A stretch of DNA of 33,624 nt from IMG/VR virus record IMGVR_UViG_3300044476_000134, positions 1 to 33,624 of that record. One strand, written 5' to 3'. This DNA comes from a virus. Taxonomy: Duplodnaviria; Caudoviricetes. Below, one piece after another: positions 1 to 9,571 of the stretch; position 1 is the stretch's first letter; every line of letters begins with the position of its first letter. The notes under the pieces are model-generated. The model had not been told where the DNA came from. It saw nothing but the letters and a program-made list of their open reading frames with translations, and searched no databases. Both the position numbers and the translations under genes were made by a program.

Positions 1-360
1 CCATATTTTTGGTTTGCAAATAGGCCTAAAGATGAACAAAGAAAGAACGGGCGTTCTTTAACAACCTGGATTAGGGATGGTTATATTACTAAATGTAAGA
101 CTCAAGTAATAGATTTAGATCAAATATTTGATAAGATTGTTGAGTTAAATAGTAACTTTAATATTCAATGTGTTTATTATGATAGATATAATGCTATACA
201 TCTTAACCAGAAATTGAAAGATCATGGCATTCCATGCCAAGAATTTCCACAAACTGCTATGAGATTTAATGCTCCACTTAAAATGTTGGAACAATTCATA
301 TATGAAAAGAGGATTACATTTGATAATAATCCAGTTTTGTTATGGAATTTTAGTAATGTT
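1..360. repeat. Terminal direct repeat, left copy (circular-contig overlap)
   Basis: Matches 33265-33624 apart from two substitutions I could see (309 G/A, 318 A/G). Confidence 0.97.
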
Positions 361-528
361 GTATTATATCCAGATGCAAACGCAAACATAAAGATAGATA
401 AAAAAAGGCAGATGGATGCCGTTGATGGTGTTGTAGCACTTGCAATGTCGATGGGTGGTTACATAGAAAGTAATTATGGAGAAGAAATATTAGGACTTAA
501 CCAATATTTAAACCTATCGAAAAAATGA
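1..528 (+). CDS. terL: Terminase large subunit, C-terminal nuclease part (continues from 32083 across the join)
   Basis: Frame 1 is open from position 1 (PYFWFANR...YYDRYNA...NPVLLWNFSNV...DGVVALAM). The listed 214..528 ORF is only its tail. Confidence 0.93.
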   Translation, partial: PYFWFANRPKDEQRKNGRSLTTWIRDGYITKCKTQVIDLDQIFDKIVELNSNFNIQCVYYDRYNAIHLNQKLKDHGIPCQEFPQTAMRFNAPLKMLEQFIYEKRITFDNNPVLLWNFSNVVLYPDANANIKIDKKRQMDAVDGVVALAMSMGGYIESNYGEEILGLNQYLNLSKK

Positions 529-546
529 AATATATAATAAAATAAA
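529..546 (+). promoter_or_regulatory. AATATATAnTAAAATAAA motif (putative late promoter plus A-rich translation initiation region)
   Basis: Same 18-mer at 529, 6441, 7572, 16282 and 31719, each 6-9 nt before an ATG. Confidence 0.7.
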
Positions 547-555
547 TACATAAAG

Positions 556-1779
556 ATGCCATTATCAATATTTTTCAAAAATGTAAAAAACATGTGGGTT
601 GGAACACCAGACGTTTATTTAAGTACTATGATTCCAACAGCAAATGGGACATCATTTAATTTAGAAAATGCAGATACGATATCAACTGTATATACTTGCA
701 TAAAGACATTAGCAGATACATTATCTAGATTACCTTTAAATGTGTACATTGAAAATGATATGGGTAGAGTTGTTGATAAAGAAGATTATCGTTATCCATT
801 GGTACACTTTAATCCAAACAATTATACCTCATCACAAACTTTCTTTGCAGCATTAGAATATTATCGTAATCTTAAAGGAAATTCGTTTGCAAGAATTTAT
901 AGAAGTAAAAATGGAAAAATATTGTCATTAGAAATTATACCACCATCATCTATTGTTGCATATCAAGTAGAAAATAATGAACTTTATTATAAATATAAAG
1001 ATGAAAATGATAAAGAAATAGTCATTAATGCTAGTGAAATGCTTCATTTCAGATCACTAACTAAGGATGGCATATGGGGAATTAATCCTATAGAGGCCTT
1101 ACGTCTTAACATTTCTACTACATTTCAAGGTATGAATACTATAGATAACTTCTATAAAAACAATATTTCATCACCAAAATTTATTAAATCAATAGTAAAT
1201 TCTGCAACAAATACTAAAGCAATGGCTGAAGCTGTAACAGATTTAAAATCAAAATTTGCTGGTTCATATAATGCAGGACAACTTATTACTTTACCACCTA
1301 ATACAGAAATTTCTGAACTATCTTTAAACATGGCTGATGCAATGTTTATTGATACAATTAAATTCAATACAACTCAGATAGCAGCTCTTTATGGAGTTCC
1401 TCCTCATATGGTAGGAATTTTGGAAGCAACAAAGTTTAATAACGTAGAAATGATGATGCTTGACTTTAAAGCTACAACGTTGACAGCTATTGCAAGAATG
1501 TATCGTCAAGAATTAGAATTTAAGTTATTAACAACTGAAGAAAGATTAAATGGTAAATCAATTGAATGGAATTTAATGGCTTTAGTTGAAGCAGACAGTA
1601 CAACAAGAATAGAAAATATAAGAAAACTTGCTAATTTAGGTGCAATTTCTCCTAATGATGTTGCTAAATTAGAAGGTTATCCAACTTATAAAGGTGGTGA
1701 TTATCACTATATACCAGGTAATTATTTGCCTGCAGAAAATATAGCTGTTGCACCTACACAACAACCTAAGCAAAATTAG
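556..1779 (+). CDS. HK97-family portal protein
   Basis: 407 aa; VYTCIKTLADTLSRLPL, PNNYTSS, GNSFARI, EMLHFR, GINPI, IAALYGVPPHMVG; follows terL. Confidence 0.95.
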   Translation: MPLSIFFKNVKNMWVGTPDVYLSTMIPTANGTSFNLENADTISTVYTCIKTLADTLSRLPLNVYIENDMGRVVDKEDYRYPLVHFNPNNYTSSQTFFAALEYYRNLKGNSFARIYRSKNGKILSLEIIPPSSIVAYQVENNELYYKYKDENDKEIVINASEMLHFRSLTKDGIWGINPIEALRLNISTTFQGMNTIDNFYKNNISSPKFIKSIVNSATNTKAMAEAVTDLKSKFAGSYNAGQLITLPPNTEISELSLNMADAMFIDTIKFNTTQIAALYGVPPHMVGILEATKFNNVEMMMLDFKATTLTAIARMYRQELEFKLLTTEERLNGKSIEWNLMALVEADSTTRIENIRKLANLGAISPNDVAKLEGYPTYKGGDYHYIPGNYLPAENIAVAPTQQPKQN

Positions 1780-1808
1780 GTGATATATATAAAAATTACG
1801 ATTATTTT

Positions 1809-2564
1809 ATGAAGAAAAATATTGAATATAGAACAGTAGATCCTGTATTTACTTCGTTTAGAGCCGTTGAAGAAGACGGAAAGAAGTTTTTAGAGGGGTA
1901 TGGTTCGGTTTTCAACCAAAGATCCAAGCTCATATATGAGCATGGAAAGTTTTTTTTCGAAATAATAGATCCAAAAGCATTTGATGAAGTTTTAAGAGAT
2001 GAGTCTTTGGATGTGTACCTAACCCTGAATCACTCACGTGATAAGGTTATCGCACGTACAATTTCGGGAACGTTAACTCTAACAACAGATGAAAAGGGAT
2101 TACTATTTCGCGCAGAAATGCCTAACGTTAGTTACGCTAACGATACTTATGAACTTGTTTCAAGAGGAGATCTCTTTGAAAACAGTTTTGCTTTTGTAGT
2201 CAACAGAAATGACGAAGAATGGACCAAAGATAAAGATGGAAACAACATTAGATTCATTAAAAAAGTTTCTAAACTTATTGATGTTTCTGTAGTTACTAAT
2301 GGAGCCTATGCAAATACAACTGTAAGTGCACGTCAAATTCAATTAGACAATAGAGGTCAAACAATTACAATTACAATTAATGACACTGAAGATGAACCTG
2401 AGGATGAACCACAAGAAACTGTAGCTTTACCTGAAGATCCATCAACAAATGAAGATGCTTTAACAGCAGATTCATCAACAAATGAAGAAGAAGACAAGGA
2501 AAAAAGTAGAAAAAGCAAAGAATTAATGGAGATGCATTTGCGAATTTTAAAATTAAAATTATAA
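1809..2564 (+). CDS. HK97-family prohead maturation protease
   Basis: LEGYGSVFN, FFEIIDPKAF, LNHSRDKVIART, DEKGL, SFAF, LIDVSVVTNGAY; acidic C-terminal tail. Confidence 0.93.
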   Translation: MKKNIEYRTVDPVFTSFRAVEEDGKKFLEGYGSVFNQRSKLIYEHGKFFFEIIDPKAFDEVLRDESLDVYLTLNHSRDKVIARTISGTLTLTTDEKGLLFRAEMPNVSYANDTYELVSRGDLFENSFAFVVNRNDEEWTKDKDGNNIRFIKKVSKLIDVSVVTNGAYANTTVSARQIQLDNRGQTITITINDTEDEPEDEPQETVALPEDPSTNEDALTADSSTNEEEDKEKSRKSKELMEMHLRILKLKL

Positions 2565-2569
2565 ATAAT

Positions 2570-3649
2570 ATGAAAAAAATAAATGAATTAAAATCCGAAC
2601 GTTCTACTTTAATTTCACAAATGGAAGAAATTCTTAAAAATGAAACCGTTAGTGAAGAACAACGTTCAACATGGAATCTTCATGATGCAAAAGTTAAAGA
2701 AATTTCAACTGAAATTGAAACTCTTGAACGTCAAGAAGCTTTAAATAAACTCAATGTAGATACATTAGATAATGTTCCTACAATTGCAAGAAAACCTATT
2801 GGTGAATCATTCAGAGAATGGCTTAATATGTCAGTTGATAATGGTGGAAAAGGACCAAGTTTCAGAGCAGATCCTATCATCACAAGTACAGATTCTACTG
2901 TTATAAATAAAGTAGTTGCTAATAGTGTTGATATTCTTAAGTCACCTGCTGAAGCATTCCTTAAAGAACTTGGTATCACATTTTATACTGGATTAACTAA
3001 CACTTTAGTTCTTCCTTATATGGCTGAAGACACAGCAGCGTTCCCTGGAGAAAATACTCAAGCTGCATCTGCTAATATGGCAACTGCAAGTTTAACTCTT
3101 GCTCCAAGACGTGTATCTCATACACAATCAATTTCAAAAGAAACACTTGTTCAAACAAATCCTGCAATTTATGCTTCTATTTTACAAAATCTTTATGATG
3201 GTATTTGGAATGCTGTTGCAAACGATGTGTTTGATACAATTCAAACTGATGCGCCTGCTCAAGTTCAAACAGCTGGTATTACTTATGCTGCTATCGCTGC
3301 AATGGAAGCTTCTTTAGCTTACACCAATATTGGTACAGTTAAATATGTTACAACTCCTGCAAACAAAGCAACTCTTAAAGTAACTGCTAAAATGGCAAAT
3401 CAAGCTCCTATTTGGGATGTTGATAATAAAGTTCTTGGCTATCCTGCATACGGTGTACCTGCAGCTAATGCAGCACAAATGTATATGGGAGACTTCTCAC
3501 GTGCGGTTATTGGTCAATGGGGTGGTGTAGAAATCATAGTTGATCCTTATACTTCAGCCGCAAATGGACTTATTAAACTTACTGTTATTGGTATGTTTGA
3601 TACTGGAATTGTTAATCCTAAAGCAATGGTTTGGAAAGCTTCTGCATAA
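2570..3649 (+). CDS. Major capsid protein, HK97 fold, with N-terminal coiled-coil delta domain
   Basis: Follows the protease; helical N-terminus; LTLAPRRVS, LGYPAY, GDFSRAVIGQWGGVEIIVDPYT. Confidence 0.9.
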   Translation: MKKINELKSERSTLISQMEEILKNETVSEEQRSTWNLHDAKVKEISTEIETLERQEALNKLNVDTLDNVPTIARKPIGESFREWLNMSVDNGGKGPSFRADPIITSTDSTVINKVVANSVDILKSPAEAFLKELGITFYTGLTNTLVLPYMAEDTAAFPGENTQAASANMATASLTLAPRRVSHTQSISKETLVQTNPAIYASILQNLYDGIWNAVANDVFDTIQTDAPAQVQTAGITYAAIAAMEASLAYTNIGTVKYVTTPANKATLKVTAKMANQAPIWDVDNKVLGYPAYGVPAANAAQMYMGDFSRAVIGQWGGVEIIVDPYTSAANGLIKLTVIGMFDTGIVNPKAMVWKASA

Positions 3650-3676
3650 TAATTAAATTAACATAATATTATAAAT

Positions 3677-4561
3677 ATGAAAAATATAAATGAAAAACCA
3701 ACTTTTCGTGATTGGTTAAAAGAATCAGTAGAAGAAGGAAGACAAGCAACTTACCGTGCCGATCCTATACTTTCAAATACTGATACTACAGTTATCGAAA
3801 AGCAAGTATTTGCTGGTGTTGATGTTTTAACATCACCAGGTGAGGCTTTCTTACGTCAATTAGGTGTAACATTCTATCCTGGTCTTGTTGGAAACTTTGT
3901 AGTTCCAAGTATGGCTGAAAGTACTGCTAAATTTGTAACTGAAACTCAAAATGCTTCAACAGCTAACTTAGCAACAACTTCTATTACATTGGCTGCAAGA
4001 CGTGTATCTCATACACAATCAATTTCTAAGGAAACTCTTGCACAAACATCACCTGCTATTTACAATTCAATTGTACAGAATCTTGTTGATGGTCTTTGGA
4101 ATTGTGTAACTAATGACTTGTTCGATCAAGTACGTGCAGATTGTACAAGTACTAATGAAGTTAACATTTTAACTACTTCATTAAACTTTACACATTTAGT
4201 TAATATGGAAGCTTCTATTGGAGGTTTGATGCTTGCAAAACCTGCTTATGTAACTACTCCTGCAGTTGGTGCTTATCTTAAAACTCTTCCTAAATTAACC
4301 AACCAAGTTGGTGTTTATGAAGATGATAAGATTAATGGTTATCCTGCATATGCAGTTCCTGCACAAAATGCTAACGTTGTTACATTTGGTGACTGGTCTA
4401 GAGCATGCGTAGGTCAATGGGGCCCAATTTCTATAATTGTTGATCCATTTACTTCTGCAAAATCAGGTCTCATCAATTTAACTATTGAAGGATTATTCGA
4501 TACTGGAGTTTATAACAAACTTGGATTTACTAATCGTATCGACGTATCAGCTGGAAGATAA
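3677..4561 (+). CDS. Second capsid-protein paralog lacking most of the delta domain
   Basis: Colinear with 2570..3649 (RADPI, SPxEAFL, RRVSHTQSISKETL, GYPAY, GQWG..IIVDP, G.FDTG). Confidence 0.88.
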   Translation: MKNINEKPTFRDWLKESVEEGRQATYRADPILSNTDTTVIEKQVFAGVDVLTSPGEAFLRQLGVTFYPGLVGNFVVPSMAESTAKFVTETQNASTANLATTSITLAARRVSHTQSISKETLAQTSPAIYNSIVQNLVDGLWNCVTNDLFDQVRADCTSTNEVNILTTSLNFTHLVNMEASIGGLMLAKPAYVTTPAVGAYLKTLPKLTNQVGVYEDDKINGYPAYAVPAQNANVVTFGDWSRACVGQWGPISIIVDPFTSAKSGLINLTIEGLFDTGVYNKLGFTNRIDVSAGR

Positions 4562-4584
4562 CATCTTTAATGATAATATATAAT

Positions 4585-4618
4585 AAGGGAAGGAGACCTC
4601 GATTTCCTTCCCTTTTTT
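4585..4618 (+). terminator. Rho-independent terminator after the capsid genes
   Basis: AAGGGAAGG...CCTTCCCTT stem followed by a T-run. Confidence 0.75.
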
Positions 4619-4637
4619 AATAAAATAAACTTTCAAG

Positions 4638-5192
4638 ATGCTATATTTTTCAAACTTATCAGGTACTGTTGCAACAACTCAGACTACTAAGTCTAAGGTT
4701 AATTATCCTTTATCAGTTAGTGAAGTAAAAAGACATTTAAGATTAGATAGTGATTTTGTAGACGATGATGATTATATTAATACTTTAATTATTGTTGCTA
4801 CTCAATATTGTGAAAATTATATTGGCAAAGACATAGCATATACATTAAATACATTAAGGATTGATGATTGGGATGGAGACTTTTTAAAAGTTTATGATGC
4901 TAATTTTCTTTCTGCAACAACTTCGCATGGTACAATATTACAAACATCTACACATTATGATTATTTTCAAGTTGAGTTTACTGAATCAGTTAGTGCCGAT
5001 CCTCTTACACTTACTTACTATACTGGATATGCAACTACGAGTACAACACCAGAACTTATAAAACAAGCAATCTTGGTTAAAATAGCCGATCTTTATGACA
5101 ATGAAAGAAGTTCATATGGATATGGTGGTAGTCGTTATAATACAGTTATTGAAATGCTTCTTTCGGGTTATGTTAATATAAGATTTGTATAA
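4638..5192 (+). CDS. Head-tail connector (HK97 gp6-like)
   Basis: PLSVSEVKRHLRLD..DDDYINTLI..ATQYCENYIG and PELIKQAILVKIADLYDNER. Confidence 0.88.
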   Translation: MLYFSNLSGTVATTQTTKSKVNYPLSVSEVKRHLRLDSDFVDDDDYINTLIIVATQYCENYIGKDIAYTLNTLRIDDWDGDFLKVYDANFLSATTSHGTILQTSTHYDYFQVEFTESVSADPLTLTYYTGYATTSTTPELIKQAILVKIADLYDNERSSYGYGGSRYNTVIEMLLSGYVNIRFV

Positions 5193-5527
5193 TGCCTAAT
5201 GCTAATGATTTACAAAAACTTGTAGAGATTTGGAAAGAATCTACAACTACTAATTCAGTTGGAACTCCAACCGAAACTTACTTGTTATACAAAAAGTGTT
5301 ATGCTAGAATACTATTTAGAAGCGGTACTTCACAAAATACAGATAATAATGGTGTCTTACCTACAGCTTATACAGAAATACTTGTTAGATATGATCCAAA
5401 CATTGATTATAAATGTAAAGTTAAATATAATAACTGGTGGTATTTAATAAATTATATAGAAGAACTTGACAGATCATCTTTTTTGAAACTTGATTGTACA
5501 GTATACCAGGATGTAAACGAAAAATAA
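5192..5527 (+). CDS. Head closure/adaptor protein (SPP1 gp16-like)
   Basis: Synteny; TTNSVGTP, ILVRY, KVKYNNWWYLINYI pattern. Confidence 0.8.
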   Translation: MPNANDLQKLVEIWKESTTTNSVGTPTETYLLYKKCYARILFRSGTSQNTDNNGVLPTAYTEILVRYDPNIDYKCKVKYNNWWYLINYIEELDRSSFLKLDCTVYQDVNEK

Positions 5528-5528
5528 A

Positions 5529-6047
5529 ATGGCAGCACCTATTGAAATAAAAATGGAAATTGTAGGTCTTAAAGAGATACAACAAGCTCTTAAAGAATTA
5601 CCTTCAACTGTTGCAACTCAAGTTTTACGTTCTTTTCATAGAAAAATACTTACTGATACTGTAGTTAAACCAATGAGAGCTGCTTTGCCTTATTCAAGAA
5701 GAACTACAAAGAATATACAAGTATGGGGAGATAGATCTAAAAAAGATGCTGCAATTGCCGCACCTTCTACCGATTCATTTTGGCTTAGATTTGTTGAAAA
5801 AGGTACAGTTACTAGAATACTAAAAAAACCTCATGTTGCAATGATGGCAAATTGGGGTATTGGAGAAGTCAAATGGCGTACTCTTAAAAAAGGTACAAAG
5901 TTTGGTAAAGTAAAAGCAACTCATCATATGGAAAGTTTCATAGATTCACAAATACAAACCATACTTAAAAAATATGGAGTTGATATGGGTGAAGAAATGA
6001 TAAAGATTATTGAAAAAAGAGTTAAAAAAATAAAAGTTACGAAATAA
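5529..6047 (+). CDS. HK97 gp10-like tail completion protein
   Basis: IVGLKEIQQALKEL and FWLRFVEKGT motifs; synteny. Confidence 0.8.
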   Translation: MAAPIEIKMEIVGLKEIQQALKELPSTVATQVLRSFHRKILTDTVVKPMRAALPYSRRTTKNIQVWGDRSKKDAAIAAPSTDSFWLRFVEKGTVTRILKKPHVAMMANWGIGEVKWRTLKKGTKFGKVKATHHMESFIDSQIQTILKKYGVDMGEEMIKIIEKRVKKIKVTK

Positions 6048-6433
6048 TGTCTACCTTTGGATCAGATTTTTACAATTTAATAAGTAACGACGCATCTATA
6101 AATGCTCTTTGCTCAAAAATCTATTATGAAAAATTACCAGATGTCTTTAACTTAACTGATAAGTGGATTGTATATACATTTAGAAGAATTGAACAACAAG
6201 ATGTCCTTAATAATGAAAAGGATATATTCTCTACTTATACGATTTACATACAGGTTCAGGACAAGACGACTGACACACTTGAAACATTGTGTAATAGTAT
6301 TATTGATCGCTTAAATGGAGCCCACTCGGGTCACATAGACGATATCTGGTTCATTAATGATAATCATCAAATAGATCTTGATAACAATACATATGTTAAC
6401 ACACTAGAATTCGGAGCATATTACGTTCCCTAA
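6047..6433 (+). CDS. Tail terminator protein
   Basis: Size, synteny and IYYEKLP...WIVY pattern. Confidence 0.7.
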   Translation: MSTFGSDFYNLISNDASINALCSKIYYEKLPDVFNLTDKWIVYTFRRIEQQDVLNNEKDIFSTYTIYIQVQDKTTDTLETLCNSIIDRLNGAHSGHIDDIWFINDNHQIDLDNNTYVNTLEFGAYYVP

Positions 6434-6440
6434 AAAAATG

Positions 6441-6458
6441 AATATATATTAAAATAAA
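6441..6458 (+). promoter_or_regulatory. AATATATATTAAAATAAA motif before the tail tube gene
   Basis: Copy of the repeated 18-mer. Confidence 0.7.
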
Positions 6459-6467
6459 TTTAAAAAT

Positions 6468-6890
6468 ATGCCAACACCACTTTTTTCAAAGAAAATGTCA
6501 ATCTTAATTGACGCGTCAACTATAGTTATGGCAAGTGATTATGATCTTGCTATTGACAAGGACATGATCGACATTGTATATCTTAATTCAACTGGATGGA
6601 AAACTTCTGTTCCTGATATGACTGGATGGAGAGTAACATTTAATGGTTTTGTTACTAATACTTCAACTAGAACTTCAGCTACTGTAGATTTTGATCATTT
6701 AGTTGCAAAATTAACTACTGTTCCTGACGTATCAGTACTTATAACTTTATTACCTGATGTATCAAGTCAAATTTATTACAAAGGCGTAGGTTATTTAAAA
6801 TCTTTATCAACAAAAGGTACAGCAGGTTCTGCCGTAACTTTCTCAGGAGAAATTCAAGGAATTGATAATCTTTATACAGCAACAAGATAA
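6468..6890 (+). CDS. Major tail tube protein
   Basis: 140 aa; GWKTSVPDMTGWRVTFNG and YKGVGYLKSL...VTFSGEIQG, typical of siphovirus tube proteins. Confidence 0.85.
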   Translation: MPTPLFSKKMSILIDASTIVMASDYDLAIDKDMIDIVYLNSTGWKTSVPDMTGWRVTFNGFVTNTSTRTSATVDFDHLVAKLTTVPDVSVLITLLPDVSSQIYYKGVGYLKSLSTKGTAGSAVTFSGEIQGIDNLYTATR

Positions 6891-7189
6891 TGATTCAATA
6901 TATTACATATAAGGGGAATAAATATCCTCTACGTGTATCGTATTACGCGATAAAGAGATTTGAATTAGAATCAGGAAAGAAGTTATCACAACTTGATGAC
7001 AATTTTGCTAATCTTGAAATACTTTTATGGTATTCATTAGAGGCGGGTGCTAAAGCTACAAATACAGTTTTACATCTTAATCGTGAAGATTGTGAATTTA
7101 TTCTTGATGAATCGATGACTGAATTTTCTAATGCTATTCAAGACTCTTTTGCTCCGTCTTCATCAGAAGGCAACGATAAAAAAAAATAA
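6890..7189 (+). CDS. Tail assembly chaperone (gpG-like)
   Basis: Between tube and tape measure genes; ends in an A9 slippery run. Confidence 0.8.
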   Translation: MIQYITYKGNKYPLRVSYYAIKRFELESGKKLSQLDDNFANLEILLWYSLEAGAKATNTVLHLNREDCEFILDESMTEFSNAIQDSFAPSSSEGNDKKK

Positions 7190-7551
7190 ATACGATTGAA
7201 GAGTGTTGTGGCATAGCAATTAATCGATTTGGATATACTCCCATGATGTTTTGGGACATGTTACCAGTTGAGTTTGATAATGCACTAAAAGATTGGCAGG
7301 AAGTAGAGTTTGGTAATTTAAAAACAAACTACGAGCGCACTCGACTGGCCATATACTATCAAATATTATCTCAATCAACTAAAAGTGTAACATATAATGA
7401 ATTTTGTACTGAATCTTTACCATATCCATGGGATGAAGGAAAAGAAATAATACAAACTAATTATGATGCCGATCTTGAATTAATGAATAATTTAGGAGCT
7501 AAAGAAATGAAAGCATTATCATTAGAAGAAATGAGTAAATTAACGGGATAA
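7186..7551 (+). CDS. Tail assembly chaperone -1 frameshift extension (gpT-like)
   Basis: The -1 frame is open from the A-run (INTIEECCGIAINRFGYTPMMFWDM...) into the listed 7243..7551 ORF. Confidence 0.75.
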   Translation: MNTIEECCGIAINRFGYTPMMFWDMLPVEFDNALKDWQEVEFGNLKTNYERTRLAIYYQILSQSTKSVTYNEFCTESLPYPWDEGKEIIQTNYDADLELMNNLGAKEMKALSLEEMSKLTG

Positions 7552-7567
7552 TACTATCCCGTTTTTT
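7542..7567 (+). terminator. Rho-independent terminator
   Basis: AACGGGATA-ATAC-TATCCCGTT followed by Ts. Confidence 0.7.
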
Positions 7568-7571
7568 ATTA

Positions 7572-7589
7572 AATATATACTAAAATAAA
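7572..7589 (+). promoter_or_regulatory. AATATATACTAAAATAAA motif before the tape measure gene
   Basis: Copy of the 18-mer, placed directly after a terminator as a promoter would need to be. Confidence 0.72.
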
Positions 7590-7597
7590 TCAGTATT

Positions 7598-9571
7598 ATG
7601 GCCGGAAAAATAATGGCAGACCTTGGAGTTAGATTATCTGCACAAGTAGGTGAATTAATTAAAGGTCTTGATCAAGCAAATAAAAGTATAAGTGGCTTTA
7701 AGGCCAATATGGATCAAATGGGTAAACAGTTGATTCAAAGATTTTTTGGTATTGAAGCTGCAATGCAAGCATTCCGTGAAGGATTTAATTTTACAAAAGA
7801 GTCATTAAAAATGGCTGCAGATGCAGAAGGTATCTATCGTGCATTTGATAAAATTTCTAATAGAGCATTTCTTGAACAAATGAAAGAAGCTACTCGTGGT
7901 ATTTTTAATTCCAAAGAGTTGGCTGAATATGCCGTACGTGCTAATAACTTAGGTATAAAAATGCAAGATCTTGCAACACTTAGTAAATACGCTATATCAT
8001 TCTCTATAAGATCTGGTAAACCAGCAGTTGAAGTATTAGATAATGCTATTCTTGCTGTAGGTAGAGGTGCATCAAAAGGTCTTGTACAAATAGGTTTGGC
8101 AACAGAAGCATTTGATAAAGCTTATGAAAAAGTAGGTAATAAATCTCAAGCAATCATCAATATAATGAAAGATGATTTGAAAAAATATGGAGAAGTTGCT
8201 AATACAACTGCTATTTCATTATTACAAATGGGTGCTACATTAGGAGATTTACAACTTGCTTATGGTAATATGCTTGCTAATAGTGCACAAGTTAAATCAG
8301 TATTTGGATGGTTAGTTACATTAATGGAAATGTTGACTGACTCTAGATTAACAGGATGGGAAAAACTTCTTGGACAACCTAAGGAATATGAAGCATTTAA
8401 AAAAGATATGGAATGGATTGTTGGTTTATCTGACCAAGATCTAAGATTTAATATCGAATTATATATGAATGGCACTAAGGTAGGTACTAAAGTAAAAGGT
8501 AGTAATTATCTTATGCTTGATGAATTGAGAAAAGCTGCTCAAGCAAGAGGATTAGAAGGTATTCCGGGTGTTGAACCAGGTAAAATAGAAAAAGATGTAG
8601 CAACACTAAATACATTGAACACTGAATTATTAGTTTTAACAAATTCATTTAAAGAACTTGATATTACTGATAAAAAAGGTCTTCAAACTACTGCCAATAA
8701 AATAAAGGCATTAAAGGAACAAATACGTGTTATTGAAGAGTTAATTGCTGTTACTAAAAAAGAAAAAGAAACTTTTGAAATAAGACCTAAAGATATAGAA
8801 ATATTTCAAAATGCTGCAAGTAATTTTGGTTTATCAATGACTAAAATTGCTGAAAGAGAAAGTATACTTCCAAAGTTCTTTCCATCAGGTGAATCAAAAG
8901 AATATATTGAAAAAGAATTTGGAATTGCTTTAGAAGCTTATGATGCTATACGTTTACGTGTTGCTGAAAGAATGAAAGGAAGTCCTATTTCTTTAATAGT
9001 AGAGCAGATTAATAAAGAAGCTACACAACTTGGTATTGATATGCAAAATTTAACTGGTATTATGCAAGATGGCATGACCAATTTAGTTTCTACATTTGCA
9101 GAAGGAGTTGGTAGATTAGCAGGTGGATTAGAAGAAGTTAACTTGGGTGAAGGTCTTTATAACGCTCTTTCACAAATGCTTATTCAACTTGGTAATTATA
9201 TGATAAGAATCAGTCCTATAATAACAAGTATAAAAGTAGCATTATCAACATTAAGTGGTGGAATGTTATTTCTTGGAGGTGTTAGTTTAGTTGCTATTGG
9301 TGGTGCTCTTGCTGGAATGGCAAGTAGAACTAAATATGCTGGTAATGTTCCTAAACTTGCAGAAGGTGGATTAGCTTATGGAAGTATATATGCTAACGTT
9401 GGAGAATATGCAGGCGCTAAAACAAATCCAGAAGTTATTGCTCCTTTAAGTAAATTACAAAGCATATTAAGTAAATCTATGGGAGGTGGAACTGTTGTAT
9501 TTGAAATACAAGGAGATAAATTGGTAGGTGTTTTAAATAATGCCGGAAGATTACAAAAATCATATAGATAA
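7598..9571 (+). CDS. Tail tape measure protein
   Basis: 657 aa, helical and Ala/Gly-rich; hydrophobic segment; C-terminal PKLAEGGLAYG...VGEYAGAKTNPEVIAPL. Confidence 0.92.
   Translation: MAGKIMADLGVRLSAQVGELIKGLDQANKSISGFKANMDQMGKQLIQRFFGIEAAMQAFREGFNFTKESLKMAADAEGIYRAFDKISNRAFLEQMKEATRGIFNSKELAEYAVRANNLGIKMQDLATLSKYAISFSIRSGKPAVEVLDNAILAVGRGASKGLVQIGLATEAFDKAYEKVGNKSQAIINIMKDDLKKYGEVANTTAISLLQMGATLGDLQLAYGNMLANSAQVKSVFGWLVTLMEMLTDSRLTGWEKLLGQPKEYEAFKKDMEWIVGLSDQDLRFNIELYMNGTKVGTKVKGSNYLMLDELRKAAQARGLEGIPGVEPGKIEKDVATLNTLNTELLVLTNSFKELDITDKKGLQTTANKIKALKEQIRVIEELIAVTKKEKETFEIRPKDIEIFQNAASNFGLSMTKIAERESILPKFFPSGESKEYIEKEFGIALEAYDAIRLRVAERMKGSPISLIVEQINKEATQLGIDMQNLTGIMQDGMTNLVSTFAEGVGRLAGGLEEVNLGEGLYNALSQMLIQLGNYMIRISPIITSIKVALSTLSGGMLFLGGVSLVAIGGALAGMASRTKYAGNVPKLAEGGLAYGSIYANVGEYAGAKTNPEVIAPLSKLQSILSKSMGGGTVVFEIQGDKLVGVLNNAGRLQKSYR

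Noticed and set aside
214-528. Stand-alone 104-aa gene
   Set aside because: It is the C-terminus of terL, whose frame is open from 32083 through the circular join.
2560-2567. T4-type TATAAATA just before both capsid genes (also at 3670)
   Set aside because: Too close to the ATG to leave a leader and expected by chance in AT-rich DNA; not excluded but unsupported.
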